From the IMG/VR virus record IMGVR_UViG_3300036846_001501: a stretch of 64,000 nucleotides of DNA; one strand, given 5' to 3'. The translations under genes were made by a program, and so were the position numbers. A model generated the notes under the pieces. That model ran no database searches and was not told the DNA's origin. It was given only the letters and a program-made list of their open reading frames with translations. The stretch's first letter is position 1. Each line of letters starts with the position of its first letter. Below are positions 36,991 through 46,383 of the stretch, one piece after another. The DNA is from an uncultured virus (IMG/VR IMGVR_UViG_3300036846_001501). Its lineage: Duplodnaviria; Heunggongvirae; Uroviricota; Caudoviricetes.

Positions 36991-38130
36991 TCAGTTGGCC
37001 GGCGGCGGGATCCGGACCCGCCCGGAGAGGATCGCATAGGCGACCTGTTCGATCGCCTCCTGGGCCGTGGCGTAGAGCACCTGCCCTGAGGATGTGAGGG
37101 CACAGTAGAGGTCATAGACGGTGCGGGAGCGGACCATCTGCTCCCCCGCCGGATAGGGGGGTTCCACCGGCGCTGCGCCCGAATGGACGCACTGGAGCAG
37201 GGCCCGGTGGGCAATCGTCCGGCCGATATGATGCTCATGGAGGATCGCACCCAGGGTCCGGAGCCGGTCCCGGCGGCGGTCCGGATCGGCGTCCAGGCCC
37301 AGCGGCTGCTGGCGCAACTGCTCCATCCGGCCCCGGAGCCGAGCGGGGTCGAATTCCACCGCCGCGGCGGCCGCGAAGAGCGTACCCAGCCTGGCGACGA
37401 AGTCCTTGCCGGTGTGCACCCGGCGGCCGCCCAGGTAGGAGCCCATCGCCGCGCCACCCCCGCGCGCCCGCACCAGCAGGATCGCGGCCCGGACACTGGA
37501 CTCGCCCCCGACCTCGCTGTTGGCGAAGTGCATCCCCGCCTGAAACACTTCGGGCGGGGCCCCCGGGAGCTGGAACAGCGGGCCCGGCTCGACGAACCGG
37601 AGCTGGAGCCGGCGGCCGGTCAGGGTCGCCTGGTGGAAGACCATCGGCCGGGCCCCCTCGCTCGCCGCAGCCCGGGCCCGCTCGTAGATCTCGGCGTTGT
37701 CGACCAGCACGTAGCGGGGGCCGAGCACGCCGTCGATCAACTTGGTGCGGAGATTGACCAAGAGGCGGATCCGCGCCGCAAACCGCCCCTCGAACCGGAC
37801 CGCCATCACCCGGTTGAAGATCCGCACGGCTTCCTGGAACGAATAGTCGGAGCGCTCGGCGTCGGGGCCGCGGCCGCACCCGGCCAGGTCGGTGATCGCC
37901 TGGTAGAGTCCGGGGCAGGCCAGGGCGCAGACCTGCTTCAAGGCCAGCGACGTGAACCGGTAGCCCCCCAAGAGGACACCATCCAGGCCCAGCTCCAGGT
38001 CCCGGGCCCGGTCGACGTCGCGGACCAGGGTGCACTCGACCAGCTCCCGGAGGGCGGCCTCGAGCGCGGGTTCCCGGTCCCGGCTGAATTGGCGATGCTC
38101 CGGCCGGACATAGAGCTGGGGGATCGCCAC
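36991..38130 (-). CDS. DUF932-like protein
   Basis: GVLGPRY..VDN, G.HF.NSEVG..S motif. Confidence 0.6.
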   Translation of the reverse strand: MAIPQLYVRPEHRQFSRDREPALEAALRELVECTLVRDVDRARDLELGLDGVLLGGYRFTSLALKQVCALACPGLYQAITDLAGCGRGPDAERSDYSFQEAVRIFNRVMAVRFEGRFAARIRLLVNLRTKLIDGVLGPRYVLVDNAEIYERARAAASEGARPMVFHQATLTGRRLQLRFVEPGPLFQLPGAPPEVFQAGMHFANSEVGGESSVRAAILLVRARGGGAAMGSYLGGRRVHTGKDFVARLGTLFAAAAAVEFDPARLRGRMEQLRQQPLGLDADPDRRRDRLRTLGAILHEHHIGRTIAHRALLQCVHSGAAPVEPPYPAGEQMVRSRTVYDLYCALTSSGQVLYATAQEAIEQVAYAILSGRVRIPPPAN

Positions 38131-38134
38131 GGGA

Positions 38135-38548
38135 TTATTCCATCCAGCCGACGCAACCCTGTGTCGAACACGTTGCTTGGATGTGCCCGTTGTATCCGGA
38201 GCGGTTGAATCCGAGCATGCCTTCCCCGCCGCACACGGGGCAGTTGATCGTGCCGCGCATGGTCGGTATCCCTTTCTTCCAGACTCCGCCGCATGCGGCC
38301 ACGATCGCCTGGCGCGCCTTGCCGATGTTCTCCATCCGCTGGCGCATGCGGGCCTCCTCGGCGGCCAGTTCCTCGGCCGTGGGGAACACGGCCAGGTCGC
38401 ATCCCGCCGGTGCCGGATTGCCGCGGCGGGCAAAGCACGGCCGATCGTCGTAGGGGATGCCCTGGAACCGGGCATAGTCCACGCCGGCGCCACAGGTCGT
38501 GTGCTTGCTCATGGCTCGATAATGGTTGCAGAAGATCGTCTGTTTCAT
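38135..38548 (-). CDS. Cys-rich hypothetical protein
   Basis: C.H, C.AGV, PC, C, CPVC, H...C...C..WME. Confidence 0.75.
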   Translation of the reverse strand: MKQTIFCNHYRAMSKHTTCGAGVDYARFQGIPYDDRPCFARRGNPAPAGCDLAVFPTAEELAAEEARMRQRMENIGKARQAIVAACGGVWKKGIPTMRGTINCPVCGGEGMLGFNRSGYNGHIQATCSTQGCVGWME

Positions 38549-38565
38549 CGCCTCATCCCCCGGGG

Positions 38566-38811
38566 TCAGGCGGAAGTGTCTTGATCCGCGGGTTCGTAGG
38601 ACTTCAGAAAGATGTCCGGCTTCACCGGGTAGTAGTGGACACCGTCGGGTTCCATGACGATGTAGTCACCCTCGGCGAGGTAAACCCTTTGCTCGTGGAT
38701 CGTAACGACAAAATACCAATCGCCGTCGCGGGCGACTCCGGGGTGCGGGGTTGCGGGCGACCACTGAACCGCCTCGATCGTTTTTGGTTTGCTGCGGTAT
38801 TTCATGGGCAT
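38566..38811 (-). CDS. Small phage protein (PGDYG-like)
   Basis: YR.KP..IEAVQW, GDYIV....G..YPVKPDIF..SYE. Confidence 0.85.
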   Translation of the reverse strand: MPMKYRSKPKTIEAVQWSPATPHPGVARDGDWYFVVTIHEQRVYLAEGDYIVMEPDGVHYYPVKPDIFLKSYEPADQDTSA

Positions 38812-38817
38812 CCATTG

Positions 38818-38831
38818 AATTACCGAGAATT
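38818..38831. promoter_or_regulatory. AATT-N6-AATT site, copy 4 (AATTACCGAGAATT)
   Basis: Occupies the gap between genes 38566-38811 and 38830-39423. Confidence 0.6.
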
Positions 38832-39423
38832 ACTCCGCGGCGACGTAGGGGGCCAGGAGCGCCTCGAGGGTCTCGATCGTGACCTCGCAGGCATGGCCAC
38901 CGAGCATGCAGGCGCGGACGATCCGGGTGGCGCCCGGCTGCGGGGCCGTCGGCGCCGTGTGGATGACCATGAACTTGCCGCCCCGGATCCCCTTCCGCTC
39001 GACCCTACCGGCCCGGCTCGAGACGCGGGCATCGGAGGCCCAGCGGAAGACGAAGGCCAGGGCACCCAGGGCCGGGTCCAGCTCGCAGGCCAGGTCCTCG
39101 AGCGCCAGGAAGATCGGCGTCTTGGTGAACCGGTCGAAGAGGTCCGGCACGGCGATCCGCTTCAGGTACCGGAGCCGGCCGGCGCCGAACCGGACCGGCA
39201 GGTCGGGCAGTGCGTCATGGAGCCGTGCAAAGGTGCACGTGTACTGACCCGAGTGCTCCTCCTCAGCCCGGGCCAACATCCCCGCCAGGCCCTCCTGGCG
39301 CAAGAGCGCGAGCACCTTTCGCACGGCTGCATCCTCATAGCAGGACGCCGCCGACCGCCGGGCTCTCGCCCGGCCCGCGGCACCTGCCTCGTCGTCAAAG
39401 TAGCGGGCCAGGTCGTCAGTCAT
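38830..39423 (-). CDS. Hypothetical protein coupled to the recombinase gene
   Basis: ATGACTGA overlap with recA stop. Confidence 0.7.
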   Translation of the reverse strand: MTDDLARYFDDEAGAAGRARARRSAASCYEDAAVRKVLALLRQEGLAGMLARAEEEHSGQYTCTFARLHDALPDLPVRFGAGRLRYLKRIAVPDLFDRFTKTPIFLALEDLACELDPALGALAFVFRWASDARVSSRAGRVERKGIRGGKFMVIHTAPTAPQPGATRIVRACMLGGHACEVTIETLEALLAPYVAAE

Positions 39424-40852
39424 CGCTGTCACCATTAGCGACATCCTCCATCAGGTCATCGAGGAAGTCGCCGCCTGAGAGGTCACGGGGAGCCAGGACG
39501 AGCCGCGCCGCCTCAGCCTGCCGCGCGAGCTGGACCTGGGTATCCTCGTAGGGCACGCCCGGCACCATCCGCGCCTTCCGGGCGATGTGGAGGACATCAT
39601 AGAGCCCATCGAGGAGGTCCGGCCGCGACTCGAGGATCCTGCCCGCCTCCGCAGCCTTAACCGGGCTCGATGCGGGGATCCCCAGCGCCTTCGAGCTGAC
39701 CCGCCCCTGTGTCCCCTGGGCCAGGTCACACACCTCCATGATCTTCTTCCAGCGGGCTGGTGTGCGCCGTTGCTCAAGGAGCAGCTCGATCGCGGCGCGG
39801 TCCCAGTCGAAAGCCATCCGCTGGCGCATCTGGCCCGTCGCCTCGTCCTCCTCGTACCACCATTTGAGCATGACCTGGAGCGATAGGCCCTTCGGTCCCC
39901 CGGAGTTCTTGATGACCTTCCAGTCGAGGAGGATCCCACCTTGGTCGGGATGGAGCGGCGCGGCCTTGATCGGCTTGGTGCGGATCCGCAGGCTATCGAC
40001 GAAATGCGTCGCATAGCCCCCCGGGATCTTATCGACCTCGATACCGTTCTCCTTGGTGGGTTTGTTGTGGGCGTTGACCATGAGGAAGATTGGCCGGCTA
40101 CGGAGCAAGGTCGGCAGGGCATGGGACCATTGCGAGAGCAGGTTGGCCTCGAGCGGATAGGTACGGTCGGGGGCGCCCTCGTCGAGGATCTTGGCGATCG
40201 CTGCGCGGGCCCCCGTGCCGGTCAATGAGTCGAGCGCGATCCCGATCGGCGCCACCCAGCCCGGCTTGCCGGCGACGACCCGGGGTTTCTGTCGCTCGCG
40301 GTATTCGGTGATCGTCTCGCCGGGCTGCCGCTTGATCTTGCCGGGTACGCGGGTGCGCTGGAACACATCCTCCTTCTCCTGGATGAAATCGCCGATATGC
40401 CGCATCCACTCCTCCTGGCAGTTGGAGATGCGCTTGCGGATTTTCTTGTCCAGGCTGTCGTTATATTCCAGCATGGCCAGCCGCATCGAGGTCGCGTCCT
40501 TATTTTCGTTCTCGACATACAGCCCGCCGCCCCCCTGCACAGTGATCCACCTCAGGACCTCGAATTGAGTTGCCGTCTTGCCCGAGCCGGGGACGCCTGC
40601 CAGCGTGCAACAACGGCCCAGGGGCAAGACGTCCATCTGGAACAGATACCGCGGCGCCAGGGACGGCAGGCCGACGCCGACGATCGTGCTGTTGCGGAGT
40701 TCCTCGGTATCGACGGTCTCCTTGCCGTCGACGAAGAAACCGGCCAGGTCCGGGCTCTCGACGACCGCAGCGTTGGCGACCTCGCCGGCCGCCCGCGCCG
40801 AGCGGCGGGCGCGAGCTGCCGACTTCTTCGCACCGCGCGCTGTCTTATCCAT
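39416..40852 (-). CDS. RecA/UvsX-like recombinase
   Basis: LPLGR...LAG.PGSGKT (Walker A), YVENE, IALDSL (Walker B), IPGG.A..F..SLRI, KVIKN. Confidence 0.88.
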   Translation of the reverse strand: MDKTARGAKKSAARARRSARAAGEVANAAVVESPDLAGFFVDGKETVDTEELRNSTIVGVGLPSLAPRYLFQMDVLPLGRCCTLAGVPGSGKTATQFEVLRWITVQGGGGLYVENENKDATSMRLAMLEYNDSLDKKIRKRISNCQEEWMRHIGDFIQEKEDVFQRTRVPGKIKRQPGETITEYRERQKPRVVAGKPGWVAPIGIALDSLTGTGARAAIAKILDEGAPDRTYPLEANLLSQWSHALPTLLRSRPIFLMVNAHNKPTKENGIEVDKIPGGYATHFVDSLRIRTKPIKAAPLHPDQGGILLDWKVIKNSGGPKGLSLQVMLKWWYEEDEATGQMRQRMAFDWDRAAIELLLEQRRTPARWKKIMEVCDLAQGTQGRVSSKALGIPASSPVKAAEAGRILESRPDLLDGLYDVLHIARKARMVPGVPYEDTQVQLARQAEAARLVLAPRDLSGGDFLDDLMEDVANGDSDD

Positions 40853-40928
40853 GACGTGCGTGCTCCCGCGCAAGCCGCGGCCGATAGCCGGCCGCGGCCA
40901 CGCCTGCACCGTCCCTTACGCCGTTCGA

Positions 40929-42434
40929 TCAGTCGTCGTCGTCGTTTGCCGCCACCGCAGGGGCAGACCGCGATGGGGCCGCCTGCGCCATCCTGAGCCG
41001 GTCGAGATTGGCGCGGGCCGTGGCCGAGAGCCGCCGGCCCGCCGGCGGCGGGTCATAATTCATGCCCGGTGCCGCAGCGACCGGGGCCGTGGTGGCCGTG
41101 GAACGGCCGCCATCGTCGTCATCATCGTCCCCGGGAATCGACCCCGTGGGCAGCGAGCTATCCACCGGGGGCGCCCACGGCGGGGCGGCGCCCGGGATCG
41201 GCAGCGGCTCGTCGTCGTCCTCGTCGTCCGCCCCGGCGGCACCCGGCCGTACCGCGGCCGGAGACGGCGCGGTCCCGCCCTGGGACGGGGTGCCAGGGGC
41301 CGTGGAACGGCCACCCGGGGCAACGCTCACGGTACCGCGATATTCCCGCCACACGTCCTCGGGGATCGCTGCGAGCCAGGACGGATGCTTGTCGGCGAAG
41401 GCGTACTCGAACAGGTCCAGGAGCGGCTTGCCGCCCACCCGGACGTACTGCGCCATGAGCGCGACCTGCTGCTCGGCACTCGGGAAGAGGAGGACCTCGT
41501 CCAGTCCCGGCAGGGTCTCCCAGATCTGGTCCCGCACCGCCTCGGGGATCGCCGCTTCCTGGTCGCCGAACGACCGGACCGCATAGCAGTGATACCCTTT
41601 CGGCGAAGGCTTCTCCTCCAGCGGCGGATCCCACCACTGGGGACTGCCCGGGATCCGCCGCTCGTCGGGCCGGGGATCATGCGAGTCCTTGGAGAAGCAG
41701 CGGAAGAAGACGCCGCGGTCTGCCCTCACGGGATCGCGCATCGCGAACGTCTTCTGGGGCGGGACGTCGTGGGGGATGCCGTCCTTGTATTCCGGTTTCG
41801 GCTCGAGCGCCATGGCGACGATCTGCTTGCCCGCGTCCGCCCCCAGGTTCAGGACCAGCGGCTTGCCGCCATAGCCCAGCGGCGGGTCGAACAGGTTCGC
41901 GCCCTGGGCGTAGATCGCAGCGAAGGACAGGTAGATCGGCTTGGGGAAGTCGAGCGCCTGCGGCCCGTCTTGACGCTGCATGGCGTAAAGCCAGTCGATC
42001 TTCGCCTTCTTCGCCTTCCTGGCCGCGGCCGCGGCCAGCGGCAGCACGAACGACGGGACGTCCCACTTCAGGGTCTCCCAGATCTCCGATGGCGAACTTC
42101 GGGGATCGTAGCAGAGGAAGGTGCAGCCGGCGGTCTTGAACGCGACATACTCCTGGATCCAGCCGGTCAGGTAGGGCTCGCGGTAGCGGTCGACATCGCG
42201 GGCCGGCCGGAATTGGCCGGGCGTCCCCTCCTGGATTGCCGGCAGCAGCCGGAAGGTCGTGACGGCCTGAGCGTCGCTGTCCTCCTTGTAGAGGAGCCGC
42301 CGGAGGTCGGCCAGCTCGGGGTTGATGTAGAAGTTCCCCCGGACCGACTGACTGCGGGGGTCGCGCTCGCCGCGGGTCAGGTTGATTTGCGTGGGTCGGG
42401 AGCCGCTCCGGGCCCCCCGGTCGTAGTATGCCAT
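40929..42434 (-). CDS. Putative ssDNA-binding protein
   Basis: Between polymerase and recombinase; FRLLPA N-terminal motif, low-complexity linker, acidic end NDDDD. Confidence 0.5.
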   Translation of the reverse strand: MAYYDRGARSGSRPTQINLTRGERDPRSQSVRGNFYINPELADLRRLLYKEDSDAQAVTTFRLLPAIQEGTPGQFRPARDVDRYREPYLTGWIQEYVAFKTAGCTFLCYDPRSSPSEIWETLKWDVPSFVLPLAAAAARKAKKAKIDWLYAMQRQDGPQALDFPKPIYLSFAAIYAQGANLFDPPLGYGGKPLVLNLGADAGKQIVAMALEPKPEYKDGIPHDVPPQKTFAMRDPVRADRGVFFRCFSKDSHDPRPDERRIPGSPQWWDPPLEEKPSPKGYHCYAVRSFGDQEAAIPEAVRDQIWETLPGLDEVLLFPSAEQQVALMAQYVRVGGKPLLDLFEYAFADKHPSWLAAIPEDVWREYRGTVSVAPGGRSTAPGTPSQGGTAPSPAAVRPGAAGADDEDDDEPLPIPGAAPPWAPPVDSSLPTGSIPGDDDDDDGGRSTATTAPVAAAPGMNYDPPPAGRRLSATARANLDRLRMAQAAPSRSAPAVAANDDDD

Positions 42435-42508
42435 CTCGGCTCGTTTCCCTAGTTCGTGGTGCGATGACCCGCCGGGCCACGGGGCCGAGGTCGGGCATCA
42501 ATCCCGTC

Positions 42509-43048
42509 CTAGCACGGATCGCCAGACCCACAAATAGGGATATCCGCAAAGCGCAAGAGGGCTCCGATCCGATTGTAGAGTTCATCAACCGAACCGTTGT
42601 TGTCGACGCTGATATGGCAGTCCCGCGGCCCGAAGGTCGGCCCGGGTTCATCCCGCTGCTGGGCCCGTGCGTCACCCTGCTCCGGGCGGACACGGTCGAT
42701 CCAGATGGTCAGATCCACGAGGCGCTCGGCCAGGGCCGCGGCCAGGGCCGCCCCCGACGAGCAGCCCACAATCAGGTGGCCGCGCGCCACGGCATCGCGC
42801 ACCAGCCGGGCGGGATCGTCACGGGTGTATTCCAGGGCCGCCTGGGCCCAGATCCGGCGATTGATGTGGCGCTGGTCCCAGGCGTCGATCTCGGATAAGT
42901 CCTCGCGCCGGGCGACGTGGGGCAACAGGTAGCGCGCCAGGCTGCCGGGGTATACCAGGGGCGTGCATGCAGCGACCCAGCGGGCCGCAGTTTCCTTGCC
43001 GGCCTGGGAGGGGCCGCAGAAGGCGAGCACCGGCAGCCGGCCATTCAT
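42509..43048 (-). CDS. Deoxynucleoside monophosphate kinase-like protein
   Basis: LAFCGPSQAGKETAA P-loop, IWIDR, VDNNGSVDEL. Confidence 0.7.
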   Translation of the reverse strand: MNGRLPVLAFCGPSQAGKETAARWVAACTPLVYPGSLARYLLPHVARREDLSEIDAWDQRHINRRIWAQAALEYTRDDPARLVRDAVARGHLIVGCSSGAALAAALAERLVDLTIWIDRVRPEQGDARAQQRDEPGPTFGPRDCHISVDNNGSVDELYNRIGALLRFADIPICGSGDPC

Positions 43049-46000
43049 GCCGCCTTCTTCTTCTCGCCCCAGTGCGTGTAGATCTCGGTTTCGATTGCCA
43101 GGTGGTAGGGCTCGTCGATCGGGATCGGCGTGCCGTCGAGCTGCCGCGGCCAGAACGGCACCCGGTGAGTCATGCACTCGGGGAGGACCTCCTGGGTGAA
43201 CCATTCGACGTGCTGCTCCTGCACCTCGAAGAGTAGGGCGTCGTGGATCTGGAGCAGGAAATCGAAGGTCTGGTCCCCCGCATGGGCGGCGCGGAAGTCA
43301 TACAACTCGCCGCAAGCCAGGTTGACCATGTCGGCGACCGCGGACTGGATGGGGAAATTGGTGGCCTGGCGCTGCTGCTCGGCGATCACCCCGGGATCGC
43401 TCGAGCGGACGAACCGGCGGTAACGGAGGAAGGCCGAGGCGAGCCAGCCCGGGACCTGGCTGCGCAGCTCGCACTCACGGAGGAAGGACGAGATGCCGGC
43501 ATACGTCTTGTGGTAGAAGTCGACGAGGTGCTGGGCGACGGCCAGCTCGACGGGATTACCCTCTTCGCGGCACTGCCGCGCAATCGCGTCGGCCGATCGC
43601 CCATAGGGGATGCCGAAGAGGATGTTTTTCGCGGCGACGCGGAGCGAGAGCCGGCCGATCGACTCCAGGCCCTTCTTGGTGGGCGCACAGTCGAGGCCGA
43701 ATGCCTCGACGGCCATCAGAGCGTGAAGGTCGATGAAGTCGGGGTGCGACTCGGGCAGCGCGTTGCGGCGGCACCGCTCGATCATCACCGCATCCTGCGC
43801 CATCCAGCCGAGCACGTTCAGTTCGGCGCTTTTGTAGTCGGCCTCGACCAGGACGCAGCCCTCGCGGGCGCAGATCATCGACCGGAGCGGGTACTCGTAT
43901 CGGGGGCCCAGCATCCGCCGGTAATCATCCTCGCGCCGCTTGCTGATGTTGTGGCAGTTGGGCCGCGAACTACTCCAGCGGCCGGTCTCGACGGGATAGA
44001 AGTGGGTATGGACCCGATCGTCGGACTGCACCCAGTAAAGCAGGCCGCCATCGTAGATCAGCTTGCCGTCCTCGTCGCGGATGACATCGCCCCCGTCATC
44101 CTCGTAGGGCCGGCGGAGTTGACCCTTCAGGACCTGGGAGAGGAACCGGAGGTCGCGTAGGAGGCCGACGATCGTGCCGGTGTCGTCGTCCCGGTGCGAG
44201 AGGATTCCCAGCGTCTCCTTGTCGGTCGAGGGGTTCATCTCCTCCTGCTCGCGATCCTGGATCACGCGGTCCCAGAGCTTCCCCTTCGTGCCCGCCGCCT
44301 TGATCGGCATCAGGTCGAGGGTGGCGACGCCCGGGGGGCGGAGCCGGCGGCGGCCCCCGGTCGCATGATCGCGGGTGCCGTTGCGGGCCTCGCCGAAGAG
44401 CAGCTCCCGGCAGTGGTAGACCGAGTTGGGATTGAAGCCCGGCCAGTCCACCCGTGCCTGGAACTCCTGGAGGCGCTCGCCATAGCAGTCGATGAAGGTC
44501 TGGGTCAGCGCATCGCCGCGCTCGCGGTCGATCAGGACACCGTTGAGTTCCATGTCCAGGGCCGCCGGGGCCGCCCGGTGGGCGTGCCAGAAGGCGGTGC
44601 GCCCCGAATTGCCGAAGATGTCCCGATCGAGCAGACCGTCCTGCTGGAAGCCGCCGTTGAAGCGGTGGAACAGGCGGATCGTGGCATCGACGTCGTAGAG
44701 CGCATACGGGTGGAGGACCTCGTCGGGGCACTGACCATAGCCCTCCAGCTCGGCATCCTTGAGCTTGCGGGAGTGGATGTACCAGTCCTTCCAGTTCTGG
44801 AGGTCCACGTCGTAGCGGGGGATGCCCACGTAACGGGCGGCCAGGTTCTCGAGCTTGAACCCGCCCTCCATGGCCTCCTGGATCGCATGCGCCATGTAGC
44901 CGGTGTCCCAGCCACCGGCGATCTTGGTGGCCTCGGGCGTGTCGGCGACGCGGTAGCCTTCCCGCACGTCGTCGCCCAGGAAGTGGCAGAGCCAGGGGAG
45001 GTCGGCCCGGAAGAAATGACCGCCGAGCCGGACCTTGCGGCCGCCGGTGCCGATCAGGAGCCGGCGGAGTTGCGCCTTCGCCGCCTCGAGTCCGGGCCGG
45101 AATGCCAGCTCGTTTCCCTGGTGCCTGAGGACGACGCAATAAGCATGCTTCTCGCGGTGGCTGAACTGGATTGTCCGGAGGTAGGACTCCTTGTCGGCAG
45201 GCATGTCGCCGTGCCACTCGCAGTCGACGGCGATCACATCGGAGCCGGTCGACTGCGCCAGAATCCCGTCCACGGCGCAGGCCAGGTCCCGCTCGGTGTA
45301 CAGGCAGCTATGGCAGATGTCGGTCTCGCGATCGGCGGTGCGGGCGCCCTGGACGAGCTGCCAGAACGCCCCCAGGCCGTTGACCAGATCGGGATACGCC
45401 TCGGGCTTGCGGTGCGCATACGCCGGATGGACACAGCACATGACCTGGGCCCGGCAGTAATGGCCCGGCTCGCCCTTGAGGTGGAGCGGGATGTCGATCT
45501 CGACCACGCGGCCGAACATCCGCTGCACCGACGCCTTCTCGCCCAGGAGCGCCCGGGCGGCCTCGGCGCCCAGGCAGAGGATGAACCGGGGTCGGACGAT
45601 CCGTAGCTCCTGGTGGAGCAAGAATGCTGAGTCCTTGAGCCAGGCCGGCGACAGGGCCGAGGTCGAGCGGTCGAGCGCCGTGAACTTGTTCGCATTGGTG
45701 AAGTACCAGTGCTTGGTCCCGCCTTTGCCGGAGAAGTTGGTGATGTCCTCGCCGCAGACCGAGACCTTGCCGTTGAGGTTCTGCTGTCGCCGGATCCGGG
45801 CGATCCCCAGCTCCCCGAGCGCGCGGAACAGGGCATCGGAGGTCGGCCCCACGAAATTCTTCTGCTCCTGGATCTCTTCATTCCCCGGCATCTTGCCCAG
45901 GACCAGCACCTCGGCCGGGCGCGGACCGTACTGCTGGGGGTCGTCGGGGTCGTCGTCATAGCTCGTGCCCGAGACGAACTGCGCCGCCACCGGCACGCCC

Positions 46001-46365
46001 TTGACCAGGACATTCATCGTGAAGCCGCGGGTATAAAGTGCGTCCCAGTAGAGCGCCCGCAGGGCCGCCTCGTAATGGTCATTCTGCCAGTGCTCGAGCT
46101 GTTTCTGGTAGACCGCGCGGAGGGCCGTCTTTTCCTCCGTTTTCAGGCCCCGGCAGTCGGGCAAGGGGGGCTGGGCGACGGCGCGGCAGCGGGCCTGGAA
46201 GGCGAAGTTGGGGCCGTGATCGGGCAGGCCGGCGGTCCGGAAGTCGACGAGCACCCGCCCCGGCGGCTCCTCAAGGGCGCCGTCGAACATCCCCAGCGGG
46301 TCGTCGCCCAGGTTCAGGAGCGACGCCCGCCCGCGTCTCGACCTCGTGCTGGTCTTGGTGGCCAT
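43045..46365 (-). CDS. Family A DNA polymerase with N-terminal uracil-DNA-glycosylase-like domain and 3'-5' exonuclease
   Basis: UDG4-like GKMPG.EE...FVG and HPA; Exo I VDCE, Exo II HFFRAD, Exo III YALYD; Pol motif A ADYKSAEL, motif B RVAAKNILFGIPYG, motif C QIHD. Confidence 0.95.
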   Translation of the reverse strand: MATKTSTRSRRGRASLLNLGDDPLGMFDGALEEPPGRVLVDFRTAGLPDHGPNFAFQARCRAVAQPPLPDCRGLKTEEKTALRAVYQKQLEHWQNDHYEAALRALYWDALYTRGFTMNVLVKGVPVAAQFVSGTSYDDDPDDPQQYGPRPAEVLVLGKMPGNEEIQEQKNFVGPTSDALFRALGELGIARIRRQQNLNGKVSVCGEDITNFSGKGGTKHWYFTNANKFTALDRSTSALSPAWLKDSAFLLHQELRIVRPRFILCLGAEAARALLGEKASVQRMFGRVVEIDIPLHLKGEPGHYCRAQVMCCVHPAYAHRKPEAYPDLVNGLGAFWQLVQGARTADRETDICHSCLYTERDLACAVDGILAQSTGSDVIAVDCEWHGDMPADKESYLRTIQFSHREKHAYCVVLRHQGNELAFRPGLEAAKAQLRRLLIGTGGRKVRLGGHFFRADLPWLCHFLGDDVREGYRVADTPEATKIAGGWDTGYMAHAIQEAMEGGFKLENLAARYVGIPRYDVDLQNWKDWYIHSRKLKDAELEGYGQCPDEVLHPYALYDVDATIRLFHRFNGGFQQDGLLDRDIFGNSGRTAFWHAHRAAPAALDMELNGVLIDRERGDALTQTFIDCYGERLQEFQARVDWPGFNPNSVYHCRELLFGEARNGTRDHATGGRRRLRPPGVATLDLMPIKAAGTKGKLWDRVIQDREQEEMNPSTDKETLGILSHRDDDTGTIVGLLRDLRFLSQVLKGQLRRPYEDDGGDVIRDEDGKLIYDGGLLYWVQSDDRVHTHFYPVETGRWSSSRPNCHNISKRREDDYRRMLGPRYEYPLRSMICAREGCVLVEADYKSAELNVLGWMAQDAVMIERCRRNALPESHPDFIDLHALMAVEAFGLDCAPTKKGLESIGRLSLRVAAKNILFGIPYGRSADAIARQCREEGNPVELAVAQHLVDFYHKTYAGISSFLRECELRSQVPGWLASAFLRYRRFVRSSDPGVIAEQQRQATNFPIQSAVADMVNLACGELYDFRAAHAGDQTFDFLLQIHDALLFEVQEQHVEWFTQEVLPECMTHRVPFWPRQLDGTPIPIDEPYHLAIETEIYTHWGEKKKAA

Positions 46366-46369
46366 TGGC

Positions 46370-46383
46370 AATTACCGGTAATT
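46370..46383. promoter_or_regulatory. AATT-N6-AATT site, copy 5 (perfect palindrome)
   Basis: AATTACCGGTAATT between primase stop and polymerase ATG. Confidence 0.65.

Noticed and set aside
38830..39423. PD-(D/E)XK Holliday-junction resolvase call for the gene after recA
   Set aside because: Position is suggestive but catalytic residues are not identifiable, and a RuvC is already present
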